A DNA stretch of 64,000 bases, taken from contig CAVXGR010000024.1 in the NCBI GenBank assembly GCA_963761335.1, positions 160,001 to 224,000 of the forward strand, given 5' to 3'. Shown piece by piece: positions 60,490 to 64,000 of this stretch (within the stretch, counting starts at the first letter, position 1; each line of letters begins with the position of its first letter). The translations under genes and the position numbers were made by a program. The notes under the pieces were generated by a model, which did not search any database, was not told the DNA's origin, and was given only the letters and a program-made list of their open reading frames with translations. Source of the stretch: an uncultured delta proteobacterium (GTDB taxonomy: Bacteria; Desulfobacterota; Binatia; HRBIN30; BPIQ01).

Positions 60490-61265
60490 GCGCCGATTCC
60501 GTTCTTCGGCGCAATCTGCTCGGCGGCATTCTCACCCTGCTCGCCGCTGCCGCCATCGCCGGGGTGGCGAGCCCGGCCCTTGCCGCGCCGGACTACACGG
60601 CGATTGTCGCCGCTCTGGACCGCAGCGAAGCCGATCGGGCCCTCGACGCCGGCCGCCATCCGGCGCAGATGCTGGCCTTCATCGGCGTCACTCCCGGCAT
60701 GCGGGTCGCCGAGCTCGGCGCCGCCGGCGGCTACACCACCGAGCTTCTGGCGCGCGCCGTCGGTCCGAGCGGCGTCGTCTACGGGCAGAACTCGCGCTTC
60801 ATTCTCGACCGCTTCGCGGAAAAGCCCTGGAGCGAGCGCCTGGCAAAGCCGGTGATGAAGACGGTGGTCCGCATCGACCGCGAGTTCGCCGATCCGCTCC
60901 CAGACGACGCCCGCGACCTCGATGCCGTCATCATCAATCTCTTCTACCACGACACCGTGTGGATGGGCGTGGACCGTGCGGCCATGAACCGCGCCGTCTT
61001 CCGGGCTCTCAAGCCGGGAGGCGTCTACGTCATCATCGACCACAGCGGCCGGCCACACACCGGCACCTCCGAGACCAAGTCCCTGCATCGCATCGAGGAG
61101 ACGGCGCTGCGCCGCGAAGTCGAGGCCGCCGGGTTTCGCTTGGCCGAAGAATCCAGCTTCCTGCGCAATCCCGCCGACAGGCGCGACTGGAACGCCTCGC
61201 CCTCCGCCGCCGGCAAGCGCCGCGGCACCAGCGACCGCTTCGCGCTGAAGTACGTCAAGCCGTGA
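60486..61265 (+). CDS. Exported class I SAM-dependent methyltransferase-like protein
   Basis: LRRNLL signal ending ALA, ELGAAGGYTT, YHD, LKPGG..DH, LHRI. Confidence 0.82.
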   Translation: MSADSVLRRNLLGGILTLLAAAAIAGVASPALAAPDYTAIVAALDRSEADRALDAGRHPAQMLAFIGVTPGMRVAELGAAGGYTTELLARAVGPSGVVYGQNSRFILDRFAEKPWSERLAKPVMKTVVRIDREFADPLPDDARDLDAVIINLFYHDTVWMGVDRAAMNRAVFRALKPGGVYVIIDHSGRPHTGTSETKSLHRIEETALRREVEAAGFRLAEESSFLRNPADRRDWNASPSAAGKRRGTSDRFALKYVKP

Positions 61266-61267
61266 AT

Positions 61268-61392
61268 GAAGAGAATGTAAAATGGAGAGCTGGTGACCGG
61301 TGATGGAGAACCGGCCAATGTTGTTGGACTGATGCGGCCCGTTTGCCGGTTCTGAATCACCGGTCACCGGTTCTCCATTCTACATTCTCTTC
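61268..61392. repeat. Palindromic repeat family C, copy 2
   Basis: Same arms as 59661-59820 with a different spacer. Confidence 0.85.
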
Positions 61393-61402
61393 CTCGTCCT
61401 CA

Positions 61403-61565
61403 TTCCCCATTCTCATTCCCGGCTCTCATCCCGTCGTGTTCCATTCGCTCTGACAGCCGCAAGTACCGGCAGCCGGTTGGTGGCCCGCAGCGAGCAGAAC
61501 AATGGAAAACGACGGGATGAGAACCGGGGATGAGAACCGGGGATGAGAACCGGGGATGACGGGAG
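61403..61565. repeat. Palindromic repeat family A, copy 4
   Basis: Right arm contains (GGATGAGAACCGG)x3. Confidence 0.85.
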
Positions 61566-61610
61566 TACCGATGTTGGGGGTCTCGTCTCGACCGCTGCGC
61601 TCCCAGCGCT

Positions 61611-61886
61611 GAGTACTGTCTAAGTCGGGGAACATGCCCCATTGACAACGACTGCGGTTGTCTTGACGACGGTGCGAGCGCGGGTTCCCTCTCCCGCATC
61701 TTCTCGCGGGAGAGGGACAGGGTGAGGGCGCCGATCTCTTTGAACGTCGCAGAAATCATAGACTTTCAGTGAGAGGGACCCCTCACCTTGATCCTCTCCC
61801 CGCGGAAGAATGCGGGGAGAGGAGACCTTTCCCCGAGCCGGGGAAGCACAACAGGAAGGTCAGATCGGCAATTCGGGACATCACCC
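61611..61886. mobile_element. MITE family B, copy 2
   Basis: TIRs GAGTACTGTCTAAGT / ATTCGGGACATCACCC, flanked by a 6-bp direct repeat AGCGCT. Confidence 0.85.
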
Positions 61887-61963
61887 AGCGCTGGCAGACG
61901 TTTGACTTGCGCCGGCACGGCGACGAAATTCAGAGCCATGCCATTCCAGGAGGGAGCTTTGTG

Positions 61964-64000
61964 ATGGCGCGCAGACCGTTTCCGATCGCTCCCCGATATT
62001 TCGTCGTCGCGATCATTCTCATCGCGGCGTCGATGGGCGAGTCCCTGGCGGGCCTCGGCAACGCAGCGTTCTCTGCGGGCGGAACGATCGCCGCCTTCAG
62101 CACGTACGGGAGTGTCTGGTGGCTGGTTCGCGACGCAAAGGTCGTGGACAGTGGCAGGCGCCGCGAGTTTCCCTCAGTCACCGAGGGCGCTGCCGCAACG
62201 GTCGATGGGAAGATCGTCGAGGTGTATTGGGTCTACCCCGGCGACTTGCCGGGGGGCGGAGAGGCTCGTCACGCCGGTATCGACGTTCTCAGCCCCGATG
62301 GACAGCTCGAGAAGCGCTGGCTCTTCGCTGACCGTCAGTTTGACGGCCTCGCGGTCAATGAGGACGGGCACTTGTGGGTGTCTGACACGGCTGCTGAAGA
62401 GCTGCTGCAGATCGACCTCGCGGATGGCTCGATTCGGCGGCGGATGCCGCTCCAGACGACCGAGCGGCTCCAGGATATCGACTCGAACGGTTTCTTCTAT
62501 CTGCTCGCCGCGGCCGGAAACGGCTGGTCGATTCGCATAAGAAACCCACAGGGCGCCTACGTGCGGGACATCTCACTCGGCGACAGCTCGGTCGTTCCTT
62601 GGGTACGGATCGATCCGGAAGGTCGGCTGCTCGCCCTGGTGCTGCTGCAGCCGATCCTCAGCAGCCGCCTCTTCACGCTCCGCCCGGACGGCGAGGTGAT
62701 CGACTCGACAGAGGTTCCGGTCAACTCTCTCAGCTTTGCACTTACACCAAGCGGGGACGCCTGGTTTGGCTTCAGAGATTTCCGCGAGCCCGTGACGTCA
62801 AGTCTCAAGGCGATTGGCACTGACGGCACCGTCGGGGAAGAGATCGCGCTTCCGGTGGCCGATGAGGCGGGACCTTTCGGCTACGTGGATTACGTCACCT
62901 TCCTGCCGCGGACGCCGCGCGGCTCACTCTGCGACGAGGAGCGCTGTCCGGCTGCAGGGCCAGGGCCCGCGTCCGGCTATCCACCGGGTACGGTTGTGGC
63001 GTTCAGCGCCGATGCTGGGGTGTACTGGATTGTCCGCGACGGGGAGTTCGTGGAGGGCGGTTCGAGAAACGCGACGTTCAGCTCATTCGACACGCCAGGG
63101 GTGGTCGCCACGGGAGACGGGAAGATCGTAGAGCCGTACCGAGCGAGCTTCTCCGATCCGGGACGTGAGCGCGCCAACGAGAGCTTCGGAGGGATCGACA
63201 TCCGAGGGCCGGACGGTACGGAGCAGCGGTGGCTATTTCAGGGGCGGCTGTTTTCCGGGATCGCCATCGATGAGTCGGGCGACGTCTGGCTCTCGACGGC
63301 CCGCGAGCTCCTGCAGATCGATCTCGCGAATGGGCTGGCGCGCCGGCGCATACCCCTGCCATTCCTGCAGCCCGAGGCTCTGCAGGACATCGACGCCAAC
63401 GGATTTTTCTATCTTCGCGCCGCGCTCGGGATTGGGAGCGCGGCGATCCGCATCCGCACTCCCGCAGGCGCGTATGTGCGCGATATTGCGATTCCAGGGG
63501 CGCCTTTCGCGTCCGTACGGATCGATAGAGAAGGTCTGTTGTTGGTGAAGGCTACGGGGACGGCTTTGCTTACCCTGCTCCCGAATGGGGAAGTGATGAA
63601 AGCCGTGGAGGTTGTAGGCTCGCGGGGCTTTGCCCTTACGCCGGACGGTACTGCATGGTTTGGAGCCAACTCGTCAGATGGGCTCCGGGCAGCGGTCAAG
63701 GAATTCACCTTGGACGGCACGGTGCTGCAAGACGTAGTCTTGCCGAGCCAGCAGTTCGGCGTTGATTCCATAGCCGTGATCCCCCGGGCGCCGCGCGGAT
63801 CTCAGTGCGACGACGAACGCTGCCCCGCTGCACCCCCGACGCCCGCGCAAACTCAGATTCCGACGCCTACAGCCACAGGCGGCGTAGCACCGACCGTCAC
63901 GCCGTGCTCGATGGATACCGCGACACCGGCGGCTGCGACTGCTGCGGACCCGTCCCTGTCTCCTTCGCCAAGAGTCACGGAAAACGGAACGCTTCTCGCG
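61964..64000 (+). CDS. Large secreted protein with two tandem beta-propeller-like modules (open at window end)
   Basis: RBS AGGAGGGAG, signal peptide, frame open to 64000, duplicated ~290-aa unit, Pro/Thr linker. Absent from the ORF track because it has no stop in the window. Confidence 0.8.
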   Translation, partial: MARRPFPIAPRYFVVAIILIAASMGESLAGLGNAAFSAGGTIAAFSTYGSVWWLVRDAKVVDSGRRREFPSVTEGAAATVDGKIVEVYWVYPGDLPGGGEARHAGIDVLSPDGQLEKRWLFADRQFDGLAVNEDGHLWVSDTAAEELLQIDLADGSIRRRMPLQTTERLQDIDSNGFFYLLAAAGNGWSIRIRNPQGAYVRDISLGDSSVVPWVRIDPEGRLLALVLLQPILSSRLFTLRPDGEVIDSTEVPVNSLSFALTPSGDAWFGFRDFREPVTSSLKAIGTDGTVGEEIALPVADEAGPFGYVDYVTFLPRTPRGSLCDEERCPAAGPGPASGYPPGTVVAFSADAGVYWIVRDGEFVEGGSRNATFSSFDTPGVVATGDGKIVEPYRASFSDPGRERANESFGGIDIRGPDGTEQRWLFQGRLFSGIAIDESGDVWLSTARELLQIDLANGLARRRIPLPFLQPEALQDIDANGFFYLRAALGIGSAAIRIRTPAGAYVRDIAIPGAPFASVRIDREGLLLVKATGTALLTLLPNGEVMKAVEVVGSRGFALTPDGTAWFGANSSDGLRAAVKEFTLDGTVLQDVVLPSQQFGVDSIAVIPRAPRGSQCDDERCPAAPPTPAQTQIPTPTATGGVAPTVTPCSMDTATPAAATAADPSLSPSPRVTENGTLLA

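Noticed and set aside
61515..61560. Tandem 13-mers as a possible CRISPR array
   Set aside because: No spacers and no cas genes; part of repeat family A.
61400..61759. ORFs within repeats (also 27042-27437, 24217-24576, 45165-45470)
   Set aside because: They are translations of repeat/MITE DNA with no transposase motifs.

Overview
GC-rich bacterial chromosome window. Gene content and order (tilS-ftsH-cdaA-cdaR-glmM-pdxJ-nnr-tsaE-lysC-cimA) suggest a deltaproteobacterial-type lineage, possibly Ca. Binatia (inference only). Most genes are housekeeping: uvrB, murA, tRNA-modification genes, rnc, wecB, manC, plsB, guaB, guaA, dnaE, hflX. A ~12.5 kb respiratory cluster encodes a Rieske protein, a split b6-type cytochrome b, a stalked octaheme cytochrome c, a putative blue-copper protein, an A1-type oxidase and SCO, plus three tiny membrane ORFs not called as separate ORFs in the track. 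Most interesting observations: (1) a GAF-GAF-GGDEF cyclase with both guanine-specificity residues replaced (N->V, D->A), i.e. a Hypr-like candidate for a non-canonical cyclic dinucleotide; (2) a two-gene operon of small Cys4 proteins (Zn ribbon plus atypical DksA/TraR-like) behind a strong promoter and attenuator-like leader; (3) a MITE family with 6-bp target duplications, sitting among several nested palindromic repeat families; (4) a DUF151-PDZ fusion with a lipoprotein-like signal. No rRNA, tRNA, CRISPR array or transposase was seen.
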